Shown one piece after another: positions 1 to 8,946 of a stretch of 64,000 nt of DNA. The position numbers and the translations under genes were made by a program. The DNA lies in contig CP011216.1 of assembly GCA_001029795.1 (NCBI GenBank), forward strand, positions 70,903 to 134,902. The letters run 5' to 3'. The first letter of the stretch is position 1, and every line of letters starts with the position of its first letter. The notes under the pieces were generated by a model. It was not told where the DNA came from. It made no database searches and saw nothing but the letters and a program-made list of their open reading frames with translations. This stretch comes from a candidate division Kazan bacterium GW2011_GWA1_50_15. Lineage in GTDB: Bacteria > Patescibacteriota > Kazan-3B-28.

Positions 1-163
1 GAGGGGGTTTTCTTGTATAATAAGGATATCTTGCATTGTTGGGAGGTTGCGATGAGACTTAAATATCCTTGGTTCCCTAGGGCGTTTGGGCCGTCGTCGT
101 AATGTTTCTCTACTGCGTCAGTTGTCCTTTTTGTTGGAGCTCCTAAGACATAGTGTGAATGGT

Positions 164-192
164 CCCCTCACCACGGTGAGGGGATTTTTTTA
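164..192 (+). terminator. Rho-independent terminator hairpin (CCCCTCAC/GTGAGGGG) followed by T7
   Basis: 8-bp GC-rich stem, 4-nt loop, then TTTTTTT read directly. Confidence 0.6.
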
Positions 193-240
193 TGCTATAT
201 TGCAAGTATCCTAGGTGCGGACGTTGTTCCTTTCGGAACA

Positions 241-276
241 GGGTCGCTGGCGTTGGCCACGCGACCCTCTTTTTTG
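241..276 (+). terminator. Terminator-like hairpin (GGGTCGC...GCGACCC) followed by TCTTTTTT
   Basis: inverted repeat plus T-run upstream of tig. Confidence 0.5.
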
Positions 277-402
277 CGTTGACAGACAGAGGTAATCCTA
301 CCAATATAGTGGGGTACCTGTCCCGTTAGAAATCACCTATCGGGATGATCGGAAGGAGTATAAAAGTAAGTCATATATTCGCTAGGTTGATTTTCTAACG
401 GG

Positions 403-1689
403 ATGCAAATCCAAAAAGCAGCGGGAAAAGACAATCAGATAAGGTTGACCATCTCCTTGGATAGCTCCGAGTGGGAACAAATGTTGGATAGGGCTGCGGC
501 CAAGGCTTCGGCTGGAGCTAAAATCCCGGGTTTTAGAGAAGGTAAGGCTCCGCGAGAGGTGGTGATCACTCATGTGGGAGAGGCTAGGGTGGTGAGTACG
601 GCGATAGAACTAGCCGCAGAGGAGTTCTATCCCAAAGCCGCCAAACAGGAGGCTTTGCGGCCAATCGCTTTCCCAAAAATAAGCGTGGATAAGGGCAATT
701 TGACGGAACCGCTTATGTTTACAGCGGAAGTGGCGGTTATGCCCGAGGTAAAGTTGGGGGACTACTCCAAATTAAAGTTGGCCAAAACAGTTGAGCCGGT
801 CACGGATGAACAGATCGATGAGGTATTGAAGTCGATGCAAAAGCGCGCGGTGGAGTTTCAGCCGGTAGAGCGAGAAGCTAAGTTAGGCGATTGGGCGGAG
901 ATAGACTTTGAGGGTTTTGTGGAGGGCCAACCGTTTGAGGGTGGCTCGTCAAAGAAGCATCCGTTAATTTTGGGTGATAAGTTATTTATTCCTGGATTTG
1001 AGGAAGGGTTAGTGGGGATGCGCGCTGGCGAGGATAAAGATGTCGAGGTGGAGTTTCCAAAAGATTATCATAATAAAGACTTGGCGGGGAAACCGGCCAA
1101 GTTCAAAGTCAAACTACATCAAGTCAAGGCAGTTAACTATCCAGATATTGATGACGCATTCGCCAAAAAATCTGCCAACATGGAGACATTAGCAGATCTC
1201 AAGACGGACGTGAAAAAGTTTTTAGAGCAAGAGAGCAACAGAAAAGCCGATGACAAGATGCGCGAAGACGCCATTATGGGCTTAGTTAAGATGACTACAG
1301 TGGATATTCCCAAGGAGATGGTGGATCAAGAGCTGCACAATATGGTGCACGATTTGAAGCATCAGACCGAACATTCCGGGATGACATTTGAGGACTATTT
1401 AAAGCGGGCGGGAGTGAATGAAGAAGGGCTGAAGAACCAATGGCGAGACCAAGCTGAACAACGAGTGCGGGCCGGGTTGGCTTTAGAAGCTTTCCGTGAG
1501 GCTGAAAAGATCGAAGCGGACGACGCGGCGGTGGGTGAAGAGATTAAACGGATCAAGGCCCAATACCCGCAAAGTGCCGAGGATATCGACAAAGAATACG
1601 GCAATGAGCGGGGGAGAGGACGGTTGAAGCAGATGCTCTCTTCCAGAAAAGCTGTCGATAGGCTAATAGAAATAGCAACGGCTGAGTAG
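403..1689 (+). CDS. tig: Trigger factor (ribosome-associated chaperone / PPIase)
   Basis: 428-aa ORF with trigger-factor-like N-terminal ribosome-binding region and FKBP-like middle segment (LILGDKLFIPGFEEGLVGM). Confidence 0.85.
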   Translation: MQIQKAAGKDNQIRLTISLDSSEWEQMLDRAAAKASAGAKIPGFREGKAPREVVITHVGEARVVSTAIELAAEEFYPKAAKQEALRPIAFPKISVDKGNLTEPLMFTAEVAVMPEVKLGDYSKLKLAKTVEPVTDEQIDEVLKSMQKRAVEFQPVEREAKLGDWAEIDFEGFVEGQPFEGGSSKKHPLILGDKLFIPGFEEGLVGMRAGEDKDVEVEFPKDYHNKDLAGKPAKFKVKLHQVKAVNYPDIDDAFAKKSANMETLADLKTDVKKFLEQESNRKADDKMREDAIMGLVKMTTVDIPKEMVDQELHNMVHDLKHQTEHSGMTFEDYLKRAGVNEEGLKNQWRDQAEQRVRAGLALEAFREAEKIEADDAAVGEEIKRIKAQYPQSAEDIDKEYGNERGRGRLKQMLSSRKAVDRLIEIATAE

Positions 1690-1723
1690 TATACTGGAGC
1701 CGTGTAGTACCTAATTTGTTGCC

Positions 1724-2875
1724 ATGAAGTTTGTATATGTGATTGTCGGTCTCGGTTTGCTGGCTGGGGTTGGTTATGCTAGCTACTACTACGGTACTAG
1801 CCGAGGAGTTTATCCAGCGCCGGATAACACAGCTAACATCTATACCAACACCACCACTCCGAGCGTGCCGTCAATAAATTTGAACGACTTCAGTAGCAAC
1901 ACAGCTACATCGCCGGCTAATACACAAACAACTACACCGCCCGCCAATACTTATGCGGGAGCAACCTACATTACGGTCAGCTCGCCAGCGAACGGAGAGA
2001 TCCTGACCTTTGGTCATCCGTCAGATCAGTCATCCAGCTATACCTTTCGGGGGACGGTATCGCCCAATGCCACCAAAATCATAGTGTCGATGTATTCTAC
2101 TGGATATTGGGATGGGTTAGACGGTACGAGCTACGAAAAGAAACTAGACGAGTACACGTTATCTAAATTCAAGCCAGGTGATACCAGTTGGTCATACGTA
2201 GTGAGTGCGCAATATAACAATCTGGTGGGCGATAACGCGAGATTGGTGGCAAAAGCGTACTTTACAGGCGGCAGCATTAAGCAGGCTGAAGTGAGAGTGA
2301 CTTACTCCTACACCGATGCCGAAATGGGCAAGCCGGTAATTTACCTTTACCCAACTAGTACTCAACAGGTAGTTGTGAATGTGAAACCGACTTCGGGTAT
2401 CTCTTACAGTGAACCAGTTATCAGTGCTAACGGTTGGCGGGTCACGGCGCAACCCGATGGTACGCTGACTGATGCTAGCGGGCAGACTTGGCCATATCTC
2501 TTTTGGGAAGGATTCGCGACTGACTTTGCTACACCAAAAGAAGGTTTTGTAGTGGAACAAAGCGAAGTGTCCCAATTCTTTAGCAACAAATTGTCGCAGC
2601 TTGGTCTGAACACCACAGAGATCGCTGACTTCAAGGAATTTTGGCTACCGCGGCTAAGCGATAAACCATACTACTTCATCACATTTATTCCGCAAGCGGC
2701 GTTTGATAGTTATGCGCCATTAACTGTGATACCTACTCCACAGACAGTTATCAGGGTATTCTTTGACTATTGTGGGCTCGATCAGCCGATGGTGGTCGCT
2801 CCGCAGATATTACCGCCAACCCCAGCCCGAGTCGGATTTACGGCAGTTGAATGGGGAGGCCGCCTCTATCGCTAA
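1724..2875 (+). CDS. Hypothetical membrane-anchored / secreted protein with Thr/Pro-rich linker
   Basis: N-terminal hydrophobic helix and low-complexity T/P/N-rich region; no recognised domain. Confidence 0.45.
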   Translation: MKFVYVIVGLGLLAGVGYASYYYGTSRGVYPAPDNTANIYTNTTTPSVPSINLNDFSSNTATSPANTQTTTPPANTYAGATYITVSSPANGEILTFGHPSDQSSSYTFRGTVSPNATKIIVSMYSTGYWDGLDGTSYEKKLDEYTLSKFKPGDTSWSYVVSAQYNNLVGDNARLVAKAYFTGGSIKQAEVRVTYSYTDAEMGKPVIYLYPTSTQQVVVNVKPTSGISYSEPVISANGWRVTAQPDGTLTDASGQTWPYLFWEGFATDFATPKEGFVVEQSEVSQFFSNKLSQLGLNTTEIADFKEFWLPRLSDKPYYFITFIPQAAFDSYAPLTVIPTPQTVIRVFFDYCGLDQPMVVAPQILPPTPARVGFTAVEWGGRLYR

Positions 2876-2876
2876 G

Positions 2877-3746
2877 ATGCGGCGGACAGAATCTAACTAT
2901 ACTTGGAACCTGTGGATAGCGGGGCTAGTTGTAGTTGGACTACTCGTAGTGGCTAATGGTCAGCCGCCAGTACCGGTCTATCCATTCCAAGCGCTGAATT
3001 GGCAGTGGATTTTGGACTTGCCGGGGCAGGACCCGATCGCCGCGGGGGTGCAGGCGGCCATCTTGCCGCATGACTCAATTTCTATAAAGGAGTTAACTGC
3101 GTTCTATCGCGGCCTTGCGGCGGCGGTTCAGCCAAGATTTGTGGTGATATTAAGCCCTAACCACTACGATGCTGGTCGAGCCAATATTCAGACGACCAGT
3201 CGGGTTTTTATGACTGCCGATGGCCGGGCTCACCCGGATTGGTCGCTGGTTGGACAACTCCGAGCACGAGGGTTGGCTGGCAGTGAAGGGGATAGTTTTA
3301 CAAAAGAGCACGGCATCACTGCGCAGGTCGAATATGCGAAGCGATTCTTCCCGGAAGCAAGGTGGTTACCATTGATTTTCAAATCAACGGCAACGCCAGC
3401 CGAGGTAGATGCGGTGATGCGGTGGTTGGAGCAGACATTGCCGGCTAACCAGACCCTAGTTTTAGCCAGCATCGATTTCTCGCACTATCTGACCAAAACG
3501 CGGGCCGATATCAACGATACCAAAACCTATCGTCAAATTCAGACTATGGATGTGAACCAGTTGCCAACGAGCGATATTGAATGTGAATTCTTGGATTCTC
3601 CAGCCGCCCTGCGGGCGGTTGTGGCGTATGCGCATAGTCGGGAGTTAAATCGTTTGACCCTAGTGCGCCGTGATAACACGGCTGACATTCGGGGCGAACC
3701 CAACCTGGTCTCGACCACCGGTCACCTCTATATCACCTTCAGCTAG
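2877..3746 (+). CDS. MEMO1-family protein (AmmeMemoRadiSam system protein B-like)
   Basis: SPNHYDAG, EHGITAQVEY and SIDFSHYL segments match the Memo-family HxG/DFSH pattern. Start moved to ATG 2877 (MRRTESNY, followed by a TM helix) to avoid overlap with the upstream gene. Confidence 0.55.
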   Translation: MRRTESNYTWNLWIAGLVVVGLLVVANGQPPVPVYPFQALNWQWILDLPGQDPIAAGVQAAILPHDSISIKELTAFYRGLAAAVQPRFVVILSPNHYDAGRANIQTTSRVFMTADGRAHPDWSLVGQLRARGLAGSEGDSFTKEHGITAQVEYAKRFFPEARWLPLIFKSTATPAEVDAVMRWLEQTLPANQTLVLASIDFSHYLTKTRADINDTKTYRQIQTMDVNQLPTSDIECEFLDSPAALRAVVAYAHSRELNRLTLVRRDNTADIRGEPNLVSTTGHLYITFS

Positions 3747-3793
3747 CCCAGTAGGGTATAATGGCTCTGTATAGGAGTTAACCATTTACCGAC

Positions 3794-4390
3794 ATGAGCT
3801 TAATCCCAATGGTGATCGATAAATCCCCGATGGGGGAGCGGGCGTACGATATTTATTCCCGTCTTCTTAAAGACCGCATTATTTTTATTGGTGGGCCGAT
3901 TGATGACAATATGGCCAACTCGGTTATTGCTCAACTACTGTTTTTAGAGAGCGAAGACCCCAAAAAAGATATTTCGCTCTACATCAACAGCCCCGGAGGT
4001 TCGGTTTCCGATGGGATGGCGATCTATGACACAATGCAGCACATCAAGCCGGACATCAACACGATTTGCGTAGGGATGGCGGCTTCGATGGGCGCGGTCC
4101 TGTTGGCTGGTGGCTCACATGGTAAGCGGTTCGCATTGCCTAACTCGCGAGTGATGATCCATCAGGTACTGGGCGGGGCGCAAGGTCAGGCCAGCGATAT
4201 CGAGATCCATGCCAAGGAGATCTTAAAGTGGAAGAGCAAATTGAATGAGATTTTAGCTAAGCATACCGGACAGGAACTGGCCAAGATAGAAAAAGACACC
4301 GACCGCGACTTCTTTATGGAAGCAATGGATGCCAAGAGTTACGGATTAGTGGACGCAGTGTTGGAGAGTACGCCTCTAGTTAAGAAATAG
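3794..4390 (+). CDS. clpP: ATP-dependent Clp protease proteolytic subunit
   Basis: Strong ClpP signature: [20 protein letters not shown]. Confidence 0.9.
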   Translation: MSLIPMVIDKSPMGERAYDIYSRLLKDRIIFIGGPIDDNMANSVIAQLLFLESEDPKKDISLYINSPGGSVSDGMAIYDTMQHIKPDINTICVGMAASMGAVLLAGGSHGKRFALPNSRVMIHQVLGGAQGQASDIEIHAKEILKWKSKLNEILAKHTGQELAKIEKDTDRDFFMEAMDAKSYGLVDAVLESTPLVKK

Positions 4391-4398
4391 CGCCAGCT

Positions 4399-5265
4399 AT
4401 GGAGGTGGTTACTAACATTTTTGATGGGTTAATGGGGCAGGCTCGGGCCAAGGCATTTTTGGGTGCGGCTTTTGCTAATGATAAATTGCCTCAGACGATG
4501 ATATTCGTGGGGCCTAAGGGCGTGGGTCGGAAGACCACAGCGACGATGTTGGCGAGGGCCGTGCATAATAACCCCCAAAAAAATCACCCCGATACTTTTA
4601 TGTTCGCGGATGTGCTGGAAGAATTGCGGGCGCAGGACCAGGCGGGGCCAATGCGAGCCGCCACTGACGCGTTGATCAAGTTTTTAAGTCGATCGCCGAT
4701 CGCTTCGCGATGTAAGGTAGCGATTATTGAAAATGCTGAAGATTTGAGCGAGGCTTCGCAAAATGCACTTTTAAAAACTCTCGAAGAACCGTTAGGGGAC
4801 AGTCTGCTGATCTTGACCGCTGAAGACGAGCAGCGGATGTTGCCGACCATTACCTCTCGAGCCGTTCCAGTAACATTTACGCCGTTGACTGATGGTGAAA
4901 TGAAACAAGCGCTACCACAAATCGGCGATGCGATACTCTTGGCCGCTCAAGGCAGTGCGGGTTGGGCTAAGTTGATGATGGAGCAGCCAGAGCGATGGAA
5001 CGAAGAGAAGTCTATAGCCAACTTTTGGCTACAAGTTTTTGAGAGCACTACAGAGGAGAGGTTTCGGTGGGCTGAAACGATGCGTGAGCGAGAAGACGCG
5101 ATCAGGTTTTTGCGTAGTGGGTTACGCGTGTGGCACCAAGAGTGGTTGAAGCAACCCGATATAACATCGGGGTCTCGGCTAGCAAGACTACAACAGACCG
5201 TTATGCAGGTGCGGGACAATGTGAACCCCAGGGTAGCGATGGAGGCGCTATTGCTGGGAGTCTAA
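4399..5265 (+). CDS. holB: DNA polymerase III delta-prime subunit-like AAA+ protein
   Basis: P-loop GPKGVGRKT, sensor region, approx. 290 aa. Confidence 0.6.
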   Translation: MEVVTNIFDGLMGQARAKAFLGAAFANDKLPQTMIFVGPKGVGRKTTATMLARAVHNNPQKNHPDTFMFADVLEELRAQDQAGPMRAATDALIKFLSRSPIASRCKVAIIENAEDLSEASQNALLKTLEEPLGDSLLILTAEDEQRMLPTITSRAVPVTFTPLTDGEMKQALPQIGDAILLAAQGSAGWAKLMMEQPERWNEEKSIANFWLQVFESTTEERFRWAETMREREDAIRFLRSGLRVWHQEWLKQPDITSGSRLARLQQTVMQVRDNVNPRVAMEALLLGV

Positions 5266-5416
5266 CCAATCTATCCAATTTATTCCAATCTAACCAAAAG
5301 GACACCTGCGAATTGGTGTGTAGATTGGTGGGATTGACTAGATTGCTCTTGTGGGGCTTATCTGGACTGGAACACCTTTTCTGATATACTGGGCTGGTTA
5401 AAGAAGGGACTTTTTT

Positions 5417-5989
5417 ATGTGGGAAATAGTTGTTTTTATAGCAACCGTAGCGGCTCTGATCATGGTCTTGAGAAAGCTCCCGGTAGACGCCGAGACCACT
5501 TTTAAGGAGACGGGCAAGAAATCGGAGACCCAAGAGAAGAGTTTGCGGGTGCAGGCCGATGAGCTGTTCGAGCAGGGCGAACCAAAAAAGGCCGAAGCGG
5601 CCTATCTGAAATTGTTGTCCAAAGAGCCCAACGATGCATCACTGTTCAACAAACTAGGTCTGATCTATTTGGAAAGTAAGAACTACAAAGACGCGAAAGC
5701 GGCGTTGTCGGCAGCGTTGAAGATCGAGCCGGAGAACGATACCTTTTACAACAATCTAGGACTGTTGTACTACGAGATGGAGGACTACGACGCGGCGATC
5801 GAGGCGTATGAAAAATCTGTCTCCATCAACGACAAGATCGCGTCTAGGCTGGTAAATCTGGGGCTGGCGTACTTTATGAATAAGAAGTATCGTAGAGCGG
5901 CTGACAGTTATGAGAAGGCGATCATCTTAGATCCCAGAAACGAAAACTACATTGAACTTTTAAAAAAAGCGGAAGAGAAACTCAAATAG
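5417..5989 (+). CDS. TPR-repeat protein with N-terminal TM anchor
   Basis: Repeated TPR-like 34-aa units (LG..Y...Y..A...Y.KA..L.P). Confidence 0.6.
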   Translation: MWEIVVFIATVAALIMVLRKLPVDAETTFKETGKKSETQEKSLRVQADELFEQGEPKKAEAAYLKLLSKEPNDASLFNKLGLIYLESKNYKDAKAALSAALKIEPENDTFYNNLGLLYYEMEDYDAAIEAYEKSVSINDKIASRLVNLGLAYFMNKKYRRAADSYEKAIILDPRNENYIELLKKAEEKLK

Positions 5990-6065
5990 TGTTTAGTAGT
6001 CAGTATTTAGTATCTAGGAGAGATTATTTTAAATACTAGTCCCTAGATGCTAGATACTAGATGAT

Positions 6066-6141
6066 GCCGACGTAGCTCAGTTGGTAGAGCAACCCCATGG
6101 TAAGGGGTAGGTCGGCGGTTCAAATCCGCCCGTCGGCTCCA
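6066..6141 (+). tRNA. tRNA-Thr (anticodon GGU)
   Basis: Cloverleaf read by hand. Acceptor GCCGACG/CGTCGGC, D stem GCTC/GAGC, anticodon loop ATGGTAA, T-loop GGTTCAAATCC, encoded CCA. Confidence 0.75.
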
Positions 6142-6177
6142 TACAGAATTAAAAATTTAATATCTCTAGCGTCATCT

Positions 6178-6263
6178 GCCGAGGTTCCCGAGTGGTCAAA
6201 GGGAGCAGACTGTAAATCTGTTGGCGCAAGCCTTCGTAGGTTCGAATCCTACCCTCGGCACCA
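6178..6263 (+). tRNA. tRNA-Tyr (anticodon GUA) with long variable arm
   Basis: Acceptor GCCGAGG/CCTCGGC, anticodon loop CTGTAAA, long variable arm, GGTTCGAATCC, encoded CCA. Confidence 0.85.
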
Positions 6264-6341
6264 TAAACCGATATAAGACAAAAAGTGGTTTATGCCATGT
6301 ACTCGAGCATTAGCGAGCAGTACTGTGGCTATAATGAAAAT

Positions 6342-6617
6342 ATGTACTATGTGTATGTCTTGCAAAGTAAGACCGACCGAGATTTTTATATTGGCTTTAT
6401 TCAAGACATTAAACGCAGGTTGTATGAACATAAGGTAGGTAAAAATGTTTCGACCAAGAGCAGGGGCCCTTGGACACTAATATATTTCGAAGGGTTTATT
6501 GATAAGTTTGATGCATTGCGTCGTGAGAGCTATATGAAGATAACAAAGGGACATGCTATGTTGAAGATGATTTTAAGGGAATATCTATTAAAGCAAGCCG
6601 GAGTAGCTCAACGGTAG
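6342..6617 (+). CDS. GIY-YIG domain protein (UPF0213 / YhbQ-like small nuclease)
   Basis: YYVYVLQS...FYIGFIQDIKRRLYEH...RESYMKI match GIY-YIG motifs. The last ~7 codons overlap the 5' end of the downstream tRNA-Thr. Confidence 0.6.
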   Translation: MYYVYVLQSKTDRDFYIGFIQDIKRRLYEHKVGKNVSTKSRGPWTLIYFEGFIDKFDALRRESYMKITKGHAMLKMILREYLLKQAGVAQR

Positions 6618-6671
6618 AGCAACGCTTTTGTAAAGCGAAGGTTGGGGGTTCGATTCCTCTCTCCGGCTCCA
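6597..6671 (+). tRNA. tRNA-Thr (anticodon UGU)
   Basis: Acceptor GCCGGAG/CTCCGGC, D stem GCTC/GAGC, anticodon loop TTTGTAA, GGGTTCGATTCC, encoded CCA. The A27-A43 mismatch makes the anticodon assignment moderately uncertain. Confidence 0.65.
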
Positions 6672-6837
6672 TGTCGTCAAAATGGACTCGCCTTGACACT
6701 GGCTTAACTAGGCTAAGCCAGCTGCTGGGGCTCGTCATTTCTCCTCTCAAAATCACAAACAGAAGCTTAGTTCGTGATTTTGGTTAAAGGGAAGCCCTGC
6801 TTGACAGCAGAGGAGGGATATTTAATAATCTCCAGGT

Positions 6838-7263
6838 ATGGCTAAAAAGGTAAAAGCAGTTGTGAAGATCCAATGCGAGGCGGGACGTGCCAACCCGGCT
6901 CCTCCTGTTGGCACGGCTCTCGGTCCCCACGGGATCGCGATCATGGATTTCTGCAACCAGTACAACGAGCAGACCAAGAGCTTAATGGGACAGGTCATCC
7001 CGGCCGTGGTAACTATCTATGAGGATAGGACCTTTGATTTTATCTTAAAACAGGCGCCGGCCTCGGAACTGATCAAGAAGGCCATCGGTTTGGACAAGGG
7101 TTCTGGCGTGCCGAACAAACAGAAGGTGGGCAAAATTACCAAAGCCCAACTTAGAACAATCGCCGAGCAAAAGATGCCGGATTTGAACGCGAATGATGTT
7201 GAGGCGGCGATGAAGATCTTGGCGGGGACTGCGCGACAGATGGGGGTCGAAGTGACCGACTAG
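6838..7263 (+). CDS. rplK: 50S ribosomal protein L11
   Basis: [33 protein letters not shown] typical L11 N-terminus. Confidence 0.9.
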   Translation: MAKKVKAVVKIQCEAGRANPAPPVGTALGPHGIAIMDFCNQYNEQTKSLMGQVIPAVVTIYEDRTFDFILKQAPASELIKKAIGLDKGSGVPNKQKVGKITKAQLRTIAEQKMPDLNANDVEAAMKILAGTARQMGVEVTD

Positions 7264-7450
7264 TTATAAACTAGGTGGTCATCCTCGAGTCGAAAGTGAA
7301 ACGTCTCGACATCGGGGATCCAGAAATTAAAAAATAGTGTTTTTGTCTGGATTCCGGATCAAGTCCGGAATGACAGATACTGATTATTTATATTCTTTGA
7401 GGTGGGAGTTCGATTAGTCTTCGGACGTCAAGACCACGCAGGAGAAGAAG

Positions 7451-8248
7451 ATGGCAGAGAAAAAGACAACTGCTAAAAAAGCAGTTAAGAAGTCGGAAGC
7501 ATTAGAGAGCAAGCCAGCCAAAGAGCGGAAACCGAAAGTGCAATTAAGTCCGCCAGCCGGCGGAGGGCACGGCAAGAAATATCTGGCCGTTTTGCCGAAG
7601 GTGGACAAAAATAAATTTTATCCGGTAGCGGAGGTGATCCAACTGGTGAAGGAGACCTCACCGGTCAAGTTCGACGCGACCGCTGAATTGCATCTGCAGA
7701 TGGGTTTGGACCCGAAAAAGTCCGAGCAGAACATCCGCGGAACCGTCACACTACCAGCCGGTACCGGCAAACAGCCGAAAATTCTAGTGCTGGCCGAAGC
7801 GACTGACACTAAAAAGGCCGAGGCGGCCGGCGCCGATTTTGTGGGTCTGGAGGATATGATCGAGAAGATCCAAAAGGGCTGGTTGGGATTTGATGTGGTC
7901 ATCGCCACGCCGGCCGTGATGCCCCAGCTAGGCAAGTTGGGCCAGACATTGGGGACCAAAGGACTGATGCCTAACCCTAAATCTGGTACCGTTACCACTG
8001 ATGTGGCTAAGGCAGTGGAGGAATTCAAAAAGGGGAAAGTCGAGTTTCGCTTGGATAAGGATGCCATTATCCATATGGGTTTCGGTAAGGTCTCGTTTGC
8101 GGCTGAAGATCTGCAGGCCAACCTCAACGCAATCCTGGGAGCTGTGCGGGCGGCCAAGCCCAGTAGTGCTAAGGGTACCTACATCAAGAAACTGTCTCTC
8201 TCGAGTACAATGGGGCCGGGAATAAAAATCGATTTGAACTCCGTTTAG
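7451..8248 (+). CDS. rplA: 50S ribosomal protein L1 (with Lys-rich N-terminal extension)
   Basis: L1 core motifs (GTVTLP, KGLMPNPK.GTVT) preceded by a ~35-aa K/A-rich extension. Confidence 0.85.
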   Translation: MAEKKTTAKKAVKKSEALESKPAKERKPKVQLSPPAGGGHGKKYLAVLPKVDKNKFYPVAEVIQLVKETSPVKFDATAELHLQMGLDPKKSEQNIRGTVTLPAGTGKQPKILVLAEATDTKKAEAAGADFVGLEDMIEKIQKGWLGFDVVIATPAVMPQLGKLGQTLGTKGLMPNPKSGTVTTDVAKAVEEFKKGKVEFRLDKDAIIHMGFGKVSFAAEDLQANLNAILGAVRAAKPSSAKGTYIKKLSLSSTMGPGIKIDLNSV

Positions 8249-8252
8249 GTTT

Positions 8253-8432
8253 TGCAACGCCTGCGCCGCGTTGCATCGGCGGCTACTTTCGTCTTGGCGA
8301 AAGTAGCCAAAGCCGTCCGCCAGTCATTCTGGCTATGAATGGAAGCAAAATTAGCTTTCTGGCTTTCGGCGAACTCGTCGTCCGTCAGCTGACGGACTTC
8401 TCAAACAACGCCTTCGCTGCACTAATTTTGCT
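8253..8432 (+). repeat. Copy 1 of oriented ~170-nt structured 3'-UTR repeat (H1 hairpin, conserved H2 hairpin CTACTTTCGTCTTGGCGAAAGTAG, CAAAGCCGT, long closed stem-loop B)
   Basis: H1 8253-8275 (TGCAACGC/GCGTTGCA), H2 8282-8307 (10 bp stem, loop TCTTGG), B closing stem 8344-8354 with 8422-8432. Homologous to copies at 11739, 25202, 38198, 49104. Confidence 0.7.
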
Positions 8433-8494
8433 AATTCAGGACGCCAGAACTCCAATGGCGGTGTCCTCGGGCGGGGATGATATAATGCAGAGTC

Positions 8495-8926
8495 ATGAGA
8501 GTTAGAATAACGCGAATCGATAAGACCTTGCCCCTGCCGATATACAAAACCGCTGGCGCGGCTGGATTTGATCTGATCACCCGTGAGGATACAGTGATCC
8601 GGCCGGGTGAGATAACACGTATCCCTTGTAACATGATCGTACAGACACCGCCTGGGTATATGCTGCTACTGACGATGCGGAGTTCAACACCGAGTAAGAA
8701 ACCGGGGTTAATTAAACCGCATAGTGTTGGGATAGTGGATTCGGACTACTGCGGGCCGGAGGATGAATTGAAGTTCCAAGTTCAGAATGTCGGTGATCAG
8801 AATATTACAGTCGAGCGGGGCGAAGCGATCGGACAGGGAATTTTTGTGAAGATCGAGCAAGTCCAGTTGTTGGAAGTTGAACAGACCGCGGCGGTGAGCC
8901 GGGGCGGATTTGGCAGTACGGGATAA
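8495..8926 (+). CDS. dut: dUTP diphosphatase (dCTP deaminase/dUTPase family)
   Basis: GFDL, GIVDSDY and GERIAQ-like motifs typical of Dut. Confidence 0.8.
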   Translation: MRVRITRIDKTLPLPIYKTAGAAGFDLITREDTVIRPGEITRIPCNMIVQTPPGYMLLLTMRSSTPSKKPGLIKPHSVGIVDSDYCGPEDELKFQVQNVGDQNITVERGEAIGQGIFVKIEQVQLLEVEQTAAVSRGGFGSTG

Positions 8927-8946
8927 CTAGCCAAAGGAGGTCGGTT

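Noticed and set aside
2763-2876. Longer start for the MEMO-family gene at 2763, overlapping the upstream gene by 113 nt
   Set aside because: ATG 2877 sits immediately after the upstream stop and precedes a TM helix. The long overlap is unlikely
6556-6756. Minus-strand 66-aa ORF overlapping tRNA-Thr(UGU) and the rplK upstream region
   Set aside because: It overlaps a confidently folded tRNA on the opposite strand and has no coding signal
7264-7450. L1-binding autoregulatory mimic in the 187-nt rplK-rplA spacer
   Set aside because: A hairpin GGATTCCGGA...TCCGGAATGAC exists, but I cannot verify resemblance to the 23S L1-binding site without alignment. Left unreported as a feature
7618-8157. 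Minus-strand 179-aa ORF and other antisense ORFs (31215-31769, 32201-32872, 38333-38926, 43168-43557, 58599-58943, 61469-61900)
   Set aside because: They lie entirely antisense to well-supported conserved genes (rplA, ftsA, ftsZ, the NYN gene, lepB, surface proteins). They have Ala/Ser/Arg-rich composition typical of antisense frames and no SD or domain signal
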